Assembly (NCBI GenBank): GCA_015058945.1
Contig: SVBF01000011.1
Coordinates: forward strand, 12,527 to 76,526
DNA from: Erysipelotrichaceae bacterium
Lineage (GTDB): Bacteria > Bacillota_I > Bacilli_A > RFN20 > CAG-826
Direction of reading: 5' to 3'
DNA length: 64,000 bases
Positions 54,160-62,848 of this stretch are shown here, piece by piece (position 1 is the stretch's first letter; each line of letters opens with the position of its first letter). The position numbers were made by a program, and so were the translations under genes. The notes under the pieces are model-generated. The model ran no database searches and was not told the DNA's origin. It saw only the letters and a program-made list of their open reading frames with translations.

Positions 54160-54165
54160 TAGGAA

Positions 54166-54618
54166 TCAGTAATTGACGTTTCCTTCCAAGGAAGTGTATT
54201 CCTCGTAGAGTTTCAGGCATTCCTCGCGGTCCATGACCTCGCAGAAGTCCTGCCTTGAGGAGAACCGTTTGTAGAAGTTCTCGTCGCGGAAGCCGATCTT
54301 ATCGGTGTCGAGGGTGTTGCAACCGTAATAGACCTTGCCGATATTGGCCCACAGGATCGCTCCAAGGCACATAGGGCAAGGCTCTCCGGTCGTGTAGATC
54401 TCCGCCCCGGAAAGGTCGAAGGTGCCGAGGTTTTTGCAGGCGTCGCGGATCGCGCTGATCTCGCCATGGCAAGTCGGGTCATGGTCGACGACGACGCGGT
54501 TATGCCCGCGTCCGATCACTTGGCCATCCTTGACCACCACCGCCCCAAAGGGACCGCCGTGGCCGTCATGGATGCCTTTCCTCGCCTCTTCGATGGCGAG
54601 CTTCATGTATTGGTTCAT
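54166..54618 (-). CDS. CMP/dCMP-type zinc deaminase, guanine deaminase (GuaD)-like
   Basis: [20 protein letters not shown] and [13 protein letters not shown] at 54618 shares an ATGA with the dnaJ stop. The GGPFGAV pattern favours a GuaD-like enzyme over TadA. Confidence 0.75.
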   Translation of the reverse strand: MNQYMKLAIEEARKGIHDGHGGPFGAVVVKDGQVIGRGHNRVVVDHDPTCHGEISAIRDACKNLGTFDLSGAEIYTTGEPCPMCLGAILWANIGKVYYGCNTLDTDKIGFRDENFYKRFSSRQDFCEVMDREECLKLYEEYTSLEGNVNY

Positions 54619-55751
54619 TTCGTGAATGCTTTCTTCCACCTCGCGAAGATGGAGTCGGATTTATCGCTTTGGGCGGAGAATTCCTCAAGGAGTTTCCGCT
54701 GCGACTTGGTGAGGTTGGTGGGCGTCTTGACCTTAATGTGGACGTATTGGCTGCCCGGACGGCCGGTATGGAGGTCCTTGACGCCGCGATCCTTAATCTT
54801 AAGGATCTGTTCGGGCTGGGTGCCTTCGGGGATCTTGACCTCGACTTCCCCATAGACCGTCGGGACGACGATCGAGGTGCCGAGGGCGCAATCGACGAAG
54901 CTTAGGGGCACGTCGACGTGGATGTCGTTGCCGTCGCGCCGGAACTGCGGATGGTCGGCCACGAGCACTTCGACGTAAAGGTCGCCATTTGGCCCCCCGT
55001 TGATTCCCCTGCCGCCTTTGCCGGCGACGCGGATCTGCTGGCCGTTATTGATGCCCGCGGGGACGTTGACGGTGAGGTCTTTGCGGACCCGGTTATATCC
55101 CTTGCCGCCGCAAGCGTGGCATTTGTTGCGGATGATTTTGCCCGTGCCGCCGCAATGGGAGCAAGTTTGGGCGCTTTCCATCACGCCGAAGATCGTGCGC
55201 TGCTGCACCTTGACCTGGCCTACGCCACCGCAATGGGGGCAGGTGCCGATGTCGGAGGGGCTTTCCGCGCCCGAGCCATGGCAATGGTCGCAAGGCTCGT
55301 CGTATTGGACGGGGATGGTGACTTTGGTGCCGTTGACCGCGTCCATGAAGGAGATGCGGATGCGGGTGAGGGTATTGTCGCCCTTTTGGGGGCCGGAGGC
55401 ACGGCGTTGGCGTGGTCCCCCGCCGAAGAACGACGAGAAGATGTCGCCGAGGTCGATGTCGCCGAATCCCGCCGAGGAGAATCCGCCGCCGAAGGGGTTT
55501 CCTCCCCCGCCGGTCGACCCGCCCTGCTCAAACGCGGCAAAGCCGAATTGGTCGTAGGCGGCGCGCTTCTGGTCGTCGAAGAGGATGTCATAGGCCTCTT
55601 GGACTTCCTTGAATTTATCGGCCGCGTCGGGCTCATGGTTGAGGTCGGGATGGTATTTCTTCGCGAGGCGGCGATAGGCGGACTTGATTTCATCCTTGGT
55701 CGCGGACTTCGAAAGTCCGAGCACTTCGTATAAATCTCGTTTCTGCGCCAT
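54615..55751 (-). CDS. dnaJ: Molecular chaperone DnaJ
   Basis: J-domain [29 protein letters not shown], a G-rich linker and four CxxCxGxG repeats. Confidence 0.97.
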   Translation of the reverse strand: MAQKRDLYEVLGLSKSATKDEIKSAYRRLAKKYHPDLNHEPDAADKFKEVQEAYDILFDDQKRAAYDQFGFAAFEQGGSTGGGGNPFGGGFSSAGFGDIDLGDIFSSFFGGGPRQRRASGPQKGDNTLTRIRISFMDAVNGTKVTIPVQYDEPCDHCHGSGAESPSDIGTCPHCGGVGQVKVQQRTIFGVMESAQTCSHCGGTGKIIRNKCHACGGKGYNRVRKDLTVNVPAGINNGQQIRVAGKGGRGINGGPNGDLYVEVLVADHPQFRRDGNDIHVDVPLSFVDCALGTSIVVPTVYGEVEVKIPEGTQPEQILKIKDRGVKDLHTGRPGSQYVHIKVKTPTNLTKSQRKLLEEFSAQSDKSDSIFARWKKAFTK

Positions 55752-55776
55752 GGATATGCCTCCTTTCTTTCTCTAG

Positions 55777-55811
55777 ACGCGAGCACGCCACCCCTCTCGG
55801 GGCGGCGCGTC
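55777..55811 (-). other. GC-rich intercistronic stem-loop between dnaK and dnaJ
   Basis: CGCCGCCCC-GAGA-GGGGTGGCG on the minus strand forms 9 bp including one G-U pair. It is extended by GACG/CGTC. No T-run follows. Confidence 0.4.
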
Positions 55812-55830
55812 GAAATGGTTGTTGTTACGC

Positions 55831-57675
55831 TTATTTGGCGTCGGTGAAGTCGGCGTCGACCACGTCATCGGCGGTCTCGCTGCCTTCGGGCTTGGCGTCG
55901 CCGTTACCGGCTTGGCCCTGCTGGAAGGGATTGCCCCCGCCGGCTTGCTGTTGCTGGGCGGCCATGTTGGCGGCGTCTTCGAGGCGACCGACGATCTCGC
56001 GGAGCTTGTCCATGTCGTCGTTTTGGATGGCGGCCTGGGCTTCGTCGCGGATCTTGGTGAGCTGCTCTTTCTGGGCGGCGTCCATGGATTCGCCTTTCTC
56101 GTTGAGTTCGCGGGTGATCTCGTCGACGTAGGTCTGGGCTTTGTTCTTGACCTCGACGTCGCCTTTGCGCTTTTCGTCCGCGGCCTTGTTCTCTTCAGCC
56201 TCGCGGACCATGCGGTCGATGTCCTCTTTGGAAAGACCGTTGGAGCCGGAGATGGTGATGTCGGCCATCTGCTGGGTGTCGAGGTCCTTGGCGGAAACCT
56301 TGACGATGCCGTTGACGTCGATGGAGAAGGTGACTTCGATCCTCGGCTGCCCCCTACGGGCGGGTTTGATGCCGCCGAGGTTGAAGTGGCCGAGAAGCTT
56401 GTTGTCGTGGGCCATCGGACGTTCGCCCTGATAGACGACGATGTCGACGGCGGGCTGGTTGTCTTCCGCGGTGGAGAAGATCTGCGACTTGGTGGTCGGG
56501 ATCGTGGTGTTTCTGGGGATGAGCGGGGTCATGACGCCGCCGAGGGTCTCGATGCCGAGAGTGAGCGGGGTGACGTCGAGAAGGACGATGTCCTTCACGT
56601 CGCCGGCGATGACGGCGCCTTGGATGGCGGCGCCAAGGGAGACGGCCTCATCCGGGTTGATGGAGAGGTTGAGTTCCTTGCCGGAGATCTTCTTGACGAA
56701 CTCCTGGACGGCCGGCATACGGGTGGAACCGCCGACCATGAGGATAGAGCTGATGTCGTTGTAGCTGAGGCCAGAGTCCTTCATGGCTTTCTCCATCGGG
56801 GCGCGGCAGCGCTCGAGGAGGGCGCGGGTCAAATCCTGGAATTTGGCGCGGGTGAGGGTGGTCTCGAAGTTGATCGGGCCGGCGGAGGACATGCCGATGA
56901 AGGGGAGGGAGATCGTGGTCTCGAGGTTGCTGGAGAGCTCGATCTTTGCCTTTTCGGCCGCGTCGACGAAGCGCTGACGGGCCATCTTGTCGGTGAGGTT
57001 CGCGCCGGTTTGGGTGCGGATCTCGGCCTGGATCCAGTCGGCGATGAGGTTATCCCAGTCGTCGCCGCCGAGGTTGGTGTCGCCGGAGGTCGCAAGGACC
57101 TGGAAGGTGCCTTCGCCGATGTCGAGGATGGAGACGTCGAGCGTGCCGCCACCAAGGTCGAAGACGAGGACGTTCTCGCTCTTGTTGGTGTCTAAGCCAT
57201 AGGCCAAGCAGGCGGCCGTCGGCTCGTTGGTGATACGGACGACTTCGAGTCCGGCGATGGTGCCGGCGTCCTTGGTGGCCTGACGCTGCGCGTCATTGAA
57301 GTAAGCCGGGACGGTGATGACGGCCTTCTTGACTTCCTGGCCGAGGTTCTTTTCCGCGTAGGCCTTCATGTAGGCGAGGACCTTGGAGGAGATCTCCTGC
57401 GGGGTGAAGTCCTTGTTGAGGCAGCCGATGTGGAACTTGTCCGCGCTGCCGATTTTGCGCTTAGCGGAGCTCACGGTGTCGGGGTTGGTGATCGCCTGAC
57501 GCTTGGCGGCGTTGCCGACGATCTCCTCGCCCGAGGCCTTGAAGCCCACGATGGATGGGGTGGTGTTGGTGCCTTCGGGGTTAGGGATGACCTTAACCTT
57601 GCCGTCGGCTTGCATATAGCTGATGACGGAGTTGGTGGTACCGAGGTCGATACCGACGATAATTTCTTTTGCCAT
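55831..57675 (-). CDS. dnaK: Molecular chaperone DnaK (Hsp70)
   Basis: [20 protein letters not shown] and VGGSTRMP; length is 614 aa. Confidence 0.98.
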   Translation of the reverse strand: MAKEIIVGIDLGTTNSVISYMQADGKVKVIPNPEGTNTTPSIVGFKASGEEIVGNAAKRQAITNPDTVSSAKRKIGSADKFHIGCLNKDFTPQEISSKVLAYMKAYAEKNLGQEVKKAVITVPAYFNDAQRQATKDAGTIAGLEVVRITNEPTAACLAYGLDTNKSENVLVFDLGGGTLDVSILDIGEGTFQVLATSGDTNLGGDDWDNLIADWIQAEIRTQTGANLTDKMARQRFVDAAEKAKIELSSNLETTISLPFIGMSSAGPINFETTLTRAKFQDLTRALLERCRAPMEKAMKDSGLSYNDISSILMVGGSTRMPAVQEFVKKISGKELNLSINPDEAVSLGAAIQGAVIAGDVKDIVLLDVTPLTLGIETLGGVMTPLIPRNTTIPTTKSQIFSTAEDNQPAVDIVVYQGERPMAHDNKLLGHFNLGGIKPARRGQPRIEVTFSIDVNGIVKVSAKDLDTQQMADITISGSNGLSKEDIDRMVREAEENKAADEKRKGDVEVKNKAQTYVDEITRELNEKGESMDAAQKEQLTKIRDEAQAAIQNDDMDKLREIVGRLEDAANMAAQQQQAGGGNPFQQGQAGNGDAKPEGSETADDVVDADFTDAK

Positions 57676-57702
57676 GGTTCATTTCTCCTTTCGGGATTCG
57701 TT

Positions 57703-58353
57703 TTATGCTTCAGCCGGGGCTTTTTCTTCCTCGGCGGGAGTCTCTTTGGTGGGTTCCTTCGCCTCTTCTTCTTTAGGTTCCTGAGGCTTGGGTTTCTTCG
57801 CGACGGTGACCATCGCGGCGCGGATCAGACGGTCGTGGAGCTTGTATCCTTTGGAATGGACCTTGAGGACGTGGTTGTTCTCCACTTCCTCGCTCTCCAC
57901 CGCCTCGATCGCGTTCATGTAATCGCTGTCGAAGGGGTCACCGACCTTGGGGGTCAATTCGCTGAGCCCTTCCGCGCTTAACGCCTGGATCAATTGGTTA
58001 TAGATGTAGGTGAAGCCGATTTGGTAATTAGCCGCCTCCTTGGTCGGGGCTGGGGCGTCTAACGCCATATGGAAGGCGTCCAGAGCCGGGAGCAACCCGT
58101 CCAGGAACCCTTCGGCGCGGTAACGGTACATGGTCCGTTGCTCCGCCTCGAGGGAACGGCGCAGGTTTTGGGTGTCGGCGTAGGCTTTGTAGTATTCGTT
58201 CTTCCAATGCGCCGCGTCGGCTTTGGCCTTTTCGAGTTCTTCGAGGGCCGCTTTGTATTTTTTTCCGGAGACTTTCTTGCCGATCTCCTCTTCGGGGTCT
58301 AACTCGGCTTCTTCTTGTCGTTCCCCTTCGTTTCGTTCGATGTCGTCGGCCAT
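57703..58353 (-). CDS. grpE: Nucleotide exchange factor GrpE
   Basis: An acidic N-terminus and coiled coil are followed by the GrpE C-terminal beta domain (VLKVHSKGYKLHDRLIRAAMV). GGAAGGAGG lies upstream. Confidence 0.93.
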   Translation of the reverse strand: MADDIERNEGERQEEAELDPEEEIGKKVSGKKYKAALEELEKAKADAAHWKNEYYKAYADTQNLRRSLEAEQRTMYRYRAEGFLDGLLPALDAFHMALDAPAPTKEAANYQIGFTYIYNQLIQALSAEGLSELTPKVGDPFDSDYMNAIEAVESEEVENNHVLKVHSKGYKLHDRLIRAAMVTVAKKPKPQEPKEEEAKEPTKETPAEEEKAPAEA

Positions 58354-59369
58354 TCGCCATTACCTCCTTCCAGATTGTTGAAGTATTCCCCGAGCGTCTC
58401 CGCCACGTAGCGGAGCATGCTCACCGCGGAATCGTAGTCCATGCGGGTCGGGCCCACCAACGAGATCGAGGTGGTCTGTCCGCCGGGGACGTTGACTTTC
58501 GCGGAGACGATGGCGAGGTCGTCGCCTTCGCCGGGGATATGGAGCTCCACGGGCTGCGATTCACCGGTATCGGCGAGGGCTTCGCGTAACGCCTTAGGAT
58601 CGTCGAGGAGGCCGAGCACCTTGCGGAGCTTCTTGGCGTCCTCAGCGAATTCGGGCTGCTCGAAGAGTTTGTCCTTGCCATAGAGGTTGAGGCGTTCCCC
58701 CGCGAAACGGAGGAAGGCTTCCATCAAGGCCTGATAGACCACGTCCTGCCCCACCACATAGTCGGTCACGGCCGGACGCATCGCCTCCATCTTGTTGACG
58801 AGGTCGACGATCGGCGTGCCTTTTAGGCGGTCGTTAAGCAAGGTGACGGTCTTTTGGACTTCCTCAGTGGAGGTGCCTTGCTCCAATACGAAGGTCTTGT
58901 TCTCGACGTAGCCTTGGTCGGTGACGAACACCGCCGTGGCCGTGGTGGCCGAGAGGGGGATGACCTGGACGGAGACGAGTTTCTCCTCGCTCACCTTCGG
59001 TCCTAAGACGACCGAGGCGAGGTTGGTCATGGAGGAGAGGATCTTGCAGGATTGCTCGATGACTTCCTCCACCGACTGCGTGCGCTTCTCCAAGACGGAG
59101 GCGAGGGCGTACTTGACGCGGTTATCGACGCGGTCGTCGCGCAGATGCTCGACGTAGTATCGATATCCATCGGAGCTCGGCACGCGGCCGGAGGACGTAT
59201 GGGTCTTCTCGAGGTAGCCTTCCTTCTCCAAGGCGTTCATCTCGTTACGGATGGTCGCCGAGGAACAATCGAGCTTGTATTCGTCCAGAAGCGTTTGGCT
59301 TCCGACGGGTTGGGCCGTCTTGATGAAATGCTCCACGATGAGCTTCAGAATCGTTTCTCTACGGGTCAT
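58299..59369 (-). CDS. hrcA: Heat-inducible transcription repressor HrcA
   Basis: N-terminal wHTH region ILKLIVEHFIKTAQPVGSQTLL..SSATIRNEMNALEKEGYL. It is the first gene of the hrcA-grpE-dnaK-dnaJ operon, with CIRCE elements upstream. Confidence 0.95.
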   Translation of the reverse strand: MTRRETILKLIVEHFIKTAQPVGSQTLLDEYKLDCSSATIRNEMNALEKEGYLEKTHTSSGRVPSSDGYRYYVEHLRDDRVDNRVKYALASVLEKRTQSVEEVIEQSCKILSSMTNLASVVLGPKVSEEKLVSVQVIPLSATTATAVFVTDQGYVENKTFVLEQGTSTEEVQKTVTLLNDRLKGTPIVDLVNKMEAMRPAVTDYVVGQDVVYQALMEAFLRFAGERLNLYGKDKLFEQPEFAEDAKKLRKVLGLLDDPKALREALADTGESQPVELHIPGEGDDLAIVSAKVNVPGGQTTSISLVGPTRMDYDSAVSMLRYVAETLGEYFNNLEGGNGEWPTTSNETKGNDKKKPS

Positions 59370-59382
59370 GTCGCACTCCTTT

Positions 59383-59409
59383 CTAGCAGTCGTATTCTTC
59401 GAGTGCCAA
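59383..59409. promoter_or_regulatory. CIRCE operator 1 (HrcA binding site)
   Basis: The minus strand reads TTGGCACTC-N9-GACTGCTAG, against the consensus TTAGCACTC-N9-GAGTGCTAA. It lies between the -10 box and the RBS. Confidence 0.8.
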
Positions 59410-59413
59410 CATC

Positions 59414-59441
59414 ATTATAGGGAGGTCGTTAGCACTGTCAA
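59414..59441 (-). promoter_or_regulatory. Sigma-A promoter of the hrcA operon
   Basis: The minus strand reads TTGACA-N16-TATAAT, with both hexamers at consensus. Confidence 0.8.
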
Positions 59442-59455
59442 GCGTTTGCTGCTAA
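59429..59455. promoter_or_regulatory. CIRCE operator 2 (overlaps the -35 box)
   Basis: The minus strand reads TTAGCAGCA-N9-CAGTGCTAA. The right arm matches 8 of 9 positions and the left arm 6 of 9. Confidence 0.6.
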
Positions 59456-59483
59456 AAACCTTAATATTTGTGCGCGCGCATAT

Positions 59484-59510
59484 GAAAAGCCGCGATTCCC
59501 GTCGCGGCTC
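59484..59510 (-). terminator. Rho-independent terminator after the serpin gene
   Basis: The minus strand reads GCCGCGA-CGGGAA-TCGCGGC followed by TTTTC. Confidence 0.7.
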
Positions 59511-59564
59511 TCCATTGGTTTAAATTGCGATATCACATCGCGCTTTTCGCGTTGTTGGACGCCT

Positions 59565-60947
59565 TTAGACGCGATTGACGCTGCCGAGGAATAACGGCGT
59601 CTCGAATTCGTCGATCAGGGCAAAATGGAACGGGCGGTCGCAAACGATACTGAGCCGTTGGACCGGCGCGGCGGCACCGGGACCGACGGCGACGTTGGTG
59701 TAGGCGGCGGCTTCGATTCCTTTTTCGTTCACGTCGAATTTGGCCTGATGCGTCGCGGCGGAGATATAGGTGGTGAAAGGTAGGTCCGGGAAAGCGTAGG
59801 AGAAATCCCCTTCCGCGATCGAGACCGATTTCTTCAGGATCCCCGCTTTCTGGAAAAGGTCGACCAAATCGAAGCGCCCCTCCGCGGTATATTTGGGGAA
59901 GCGCACCTTTAGATCGTATCCCTTCCGCTGCCCGATCTTTGCTTCGGGGAAAAGCAATGCCTCGTAATAATCCCGCGCCGTCTTTGGTTTGTTCTCGCCC
60001 TCGGGATTATCGACGATGACGCGGTATTTTAGGCCACCTAGTAACGGGACGTCGGAGAGGAGATAATCCTCCGAAACATAGGCCCCGCCTTCGTAGGTGT
60101 GCGTCAAGAAGAGGGTCTTCACATCTCCGGTAGCCGCATGGAAAACATCATCCGCGGTATCGGGGTATTTGCCCCAATTGGCTTTGCAATAGACCGTATT
60201 CACGAGCCAGAGCAAACCATCGAGGTCTTTGAAGTCATCCTTGCGTAAGTTAAAGAGACGGTTGGTCTTTTCGTTGATCCAAGAGGCGAGAAAATCGTGC
60301 ATCTGCTCGGAATCGAGTTTCCCTTGATAGGCGTCTGCGTAATAGGAATCGGTGAGGGTTTTGATGAACGCCGGATTGATGGCGTTTTGATAGTCCTCAT
60401 CGACGAAGAAGGCGTCGGCGAGGCTAAGCTTCGCGCTGTTACCCGAAGGAAATTTGGCGTCGAAATTGGCGTTACGGAAGACATATTCCATCTCCTGCGC
60501 GGGCTCGAAAGTGCCGTCATAACCGAGCATTTCGGCCAATTCTTTTTTGCTCTCCCCCGCGGCGGCTTCATAGGCCATCGAGAAGGCGGAGGCGATGGAA
60601 ACGGGCGAAAAAACGCCGTTTTTGTCCTTATCCTCCGTCAGGGTTCCTAGCGTCGAGGCGAAGGAGCGCAAGGAATCGAGATAGGCATCGCTTGGCCGAT
60701 GGTGGAGGGCGTTATGGGGAGACTTCGGGGCATTTAAGGAACGATAAGGCAAATCGGCCTCGTTCCTCCGGGTGGTAAAAGTGACGGTAAGCGCGACGAT
60801 AAGGGCCGAAGCGAGGACCGCCGAGACCGGGATGATCCACCGCTTCTTATTCGGCCTTGCCGAAATGGTTATCGCTTCTTCGATCGCCTTGGAAGGCTCT
60901 ATCGAAAGCGAATCGAGTTTCTTTCTGAAAAGGGAATGAAACATCAT
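59565..60947 (-). CDS. Membrane-anchored serpin (short cytoplasmic tail + single TM + serpin domain)
   Basis: WIIPVSAVLASALIVALTVTF is the TM helix after about 35 residues. The serpin motifs are GVFSPVSIASAFSMAYEAAAGESKKEL, LVNTVYCKANW, the hinge NEKGIEAAAYT, and CDRPFHFALIDEFETPLFLGSV. The start ATGATG overlaps the sigma gene's TGA. Confidence 0.85.
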   Translation of the reverse strand: MMFHSLFRKKLDSLSIEPSKAIEEAITISARPNKKRWIIPVSAVLASALIVALTVTFTTRRNEADLPYRSLNAPKSPHNALHHRPSDAYLDSLRSFASTLGTLTEDKDKNGVFSPVSIASAFSMAYEAAAGESKKELAEMLGYDGTFEPAQEMEYVFRNANFDAKFPSGNSAKLSLADAFFVDEDYQNAINPAFIKTLTDSYYADAYQGKLDSEQMHDFLASWINEKTNRLFNLRKDDFKDLDGLLWLVNTVYCKANWGKYPDTADDVFHAATGDVKTLFLTHTYEGGAYVSEDYLLSDVPLLGGLKYRVIVDNPEGENKPKTARDYYEALLFPEAKIGQRKGYDLKVRFPKYTAEGRFDLVDLFQKAGILKKSVSIAEGDFSYAFPDLPFTTYISAATHQAKFDVNEKGIEAAAYTNVAVGPGAAAPVQRLSIVCDRPFHFALIDEFETPLFLGSVNRV

Positions 60948-61447
60948 TTTACCTCCAATTTGTGACGCACTTTCTTCTTGATGCGGGCGATCCTTTGACG
61001 GACGGCCACGCCAGAAAGGGCGTATTTTTGGGCGAGTTCGGCGCTCGAACGCTCATAGACGACATAATCCATAAGTAAAGCGAACTCCTCCTCGCTCAGG
61101 AGGGCTTTCAGTTCCTCGACGAACCCGCGCATGGGGTCGAAGCTCGGGACTTCCTCTTCCAAAGAAGAAGGAAGCCGTTTCCTTAAGGCGTCGGCGCATT
61201 TGTTCTCTAAGGTCTTTAATAGGAACGCCCTGATCGAAACGATCTCCGTTTTCTTTGGGTAGGCGAAAAAAGATAGGAACGTCTCCTCCACCGCGTCTTC
61301 CCTCTCTTCCTTGGTCAGCGCGTAATTCGCGGAGACGAAATGAAGGAGTCCGCGATAGGAAAGGTAGATCTGTCCATAGGCGGGCTTGATCTTGGCTTCG
61401 TTATGCGAACCGATTGCGGCGCATAGGATCTTCTCTTCTTTTTTCAT
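60944..61447 (-). CDS. Sigma-70 family (ECF-like) RNA polymerase sigma factor
   Basis: Region 2-like EREDAVEETFLSFF and the region 4 HTH SAELAQKYALSGVAVRQRIARIKKKV. ATG at 61447 follows GGGAGAG. The tracked start 61459 is a GTG. Confidence 0.75.
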   Translation of the reverse strand: MKKEEKILCAAIGSHNEAKIKPAYGQIYLSYRGLLHFVSANYALTKEEREDAVEETFLSFFAYPKKTEIVSIRAFLLKTLENKCADALRKRLPSSLEEEVPSFDPMRGFVEELKALLSEEEFALLMDYVVYERSSAELAQKYALSGVAVRQRIARIKKKVRHKLEVK

Positions 61448-61492
61448 TTGCTCTCCCACTTACTTAGACGGAGAAGAGACGAATTTGTGACA

Positions 61493-62608
61493 TCAATCGT
61501 ATAAATTCAAAAGGACCATGTCGAGGAAGTTCATGCCCTGATGGGTGGTGCGGACATAGCCGTCCACACATTCGAGCATGCCATCCTCGGAAATCTCCTT
61601 GAAGGTCTGCCCATAATCGTCCATGAAGTCCGTCCCAAAGCGGCGATGATACTCCTCTAAGGCAAAGCCTTCCACCAGACGGAGGTTGGTCAGGAAGAAG
61701 ACCTCCTTATGATCCTCGAGGTCGAGTTCCTCGATCTCGCCGTCATAATGGCCTTCGAGGTATTCCTTGAGGCTAAGGGTGTTTTTGTAACGGATATCCC
61801 CTACCGATCCCGCCGCGCCTAAGCCAACGCCAAGATAATCGAGATCTTTCCAATAAGCCTTATTGTGTTCGCATTGATATCCGGGCAAGGAGAAATTGCT
61901 CACCTCATAACGGACATAACCCGCCTTATCCAAAGCGTCCATAATCAATTCAAACATCTCTTGCTGCGTATCATCGTCAAGAGGTTCGACCTTGCGCGAA
62001 GCGAAAGCCGTCCCTTCCTCGAGGATCAAGGAATAGGCGGAAAGATGCGGCACGCCTAAGGACAAGAAGGCATCGATGTCCTTTTGGACCATCTCAAAGG
62101 TCTCTTCGGGATAGCCGTACATCCAATCGACGTTGATGTTCTCGATGCCGGCTTTCCTTAACAAAGAAATCGCGACCTTCGCGTCCTCGAAACTATGCTT
62201 ACGGCCGAGGATCTTTAGTCCTTCCGGCGTGGAGGTTTGCACCCCGATCGAGACGCGGTTCGCGCCATATTTGGCGAATAAGGCGATCTTTTCGGCGGTG
62301 AGCGATTCGGGATTGGCCTCGACGCTGAACTCACATTCGGGTTCCCTTAGGGCGCTTAAAAAAGAAAGCAGATCCTCAAGCTCGGCCAAAGACAAGCAAG
62401 AGGGCGTGCCCCCACCGACGTAAATCGTGCGGTATTTGGTTCCTTTGCCGCGCGAAAGCGCCTCTTCCTTGAGGCGTTTCAGATAGGCTTCGGCCCAGTC
62501 TTCCTTATAAAAGACCTTGGGGAAATCGCAATACGGGCAGATATGGGAACAAAACGGGATATGGACGTAAAGCGAGCCCACCGAATCAGGCTTGCTTGTC
62601 GTCGGCAT
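61493..62608 (-). CDS. hemW: Radical SAM heme chaperone HemW (HemN-like)
   Basis: LYVHIPFCSHICPYCDF (CxxxCxxC) and the GGGTPS-like motif YVGGGTPS. ATG at 62608 is chosen as the start. The tracked start 62644 is a TTG. Confidence 0.9.
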   Translation of the reverse strand: MPTTSKPDSVGSLYVHIPFCSHICPYCDFPKVFYKEDWAEAYLKRLKEEALSRGKGTKYRTIYVGGGTPSCLSLAELEDLLSFLSALREPECEFSVEANPESLTAEKIALFAKYGANRVSIGVQTSTPEGLKILGRKHSFEDAKVAISLLRKAGIENINVDWMYGYPEETFEMVQKDIDAFLSLGVPHLSAYSLILEEGTAFASRKVEPLDDDTQQEMFELIMDALDKAGYVRYEVSNFSLPGYQCEHNKAYWKDLDYLGVGLGAAGSVGDIRYKNTLSLKEYLEGHYDGEIEELDLEDHKEVFFLTNLRLVEGFALEEYHRRFGTDFMDDYGQTFKEISEDGMLECVDGYVRTTHQGMNFLDMVLLNLYD

Positions 62609-62846
62609 CTTTGTTCTCTTCGCCTTCTTCTTTGACCGGCTCAAGTTCCTCGACTGGCTCGAGCAAGCGGTCGAGCTCCTCGGCGGCGATCTCTTTGTCG
62701 GATTTGGGCTTTTCGTCGTTTTTGAAGATCTTCACGTGCTTCTTGAGCAAGATGACGACCACGACGATGACGCCGAAGAAAAGGACGAGGAAAACGGGGA
62801 TGAGAATGGCGGGTAGGTTGTCCGCTAAGACGACGGTTGGGTTCAT
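62586..62846 (-). CDS. Small single-pass membrane protein with acidic C-terminal tail
   Basis: ATG at 62846 lies 5 nt after AAGGAG. The TM helix is LPAILIPVFLVLFFGVIVVVVILL, followed by a Glu/Asp/Lys-rich tail. Its 3' end overlaps the hemW start by 23 nt. Confidence 0.55.
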   Translation of the reverse strand: MNPTVVLADNLPAILIPVFLVLFFGVIVVVVILLKKHVKIFKNDEKPKSDKEIAAEELDRLLEPVEELEPVKEEGEENKDADDKQA

Positions 62847-62848
62847 GG

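Noticed and set aside
55819-57195. A 458-aa plus-strand ORF, and many other long ORFs antisense to clear genes (for example 31369-32256, 9884-10918, 6962-7684, 27918-28913, 47129-48022, 54918-55733).
   Set aside because: They lie exactly opposite strongly recognisable genes (dnaK, the lipid kinase, dxs, nusB/membrane, yloV, the S41-like gene, dnaJ). Their composition is repetitive and Gly/Asp/Val/Arg-rich, typical of antisense frames in GC-rich coding DNA. They have no motifs or ribosome-binding sites.
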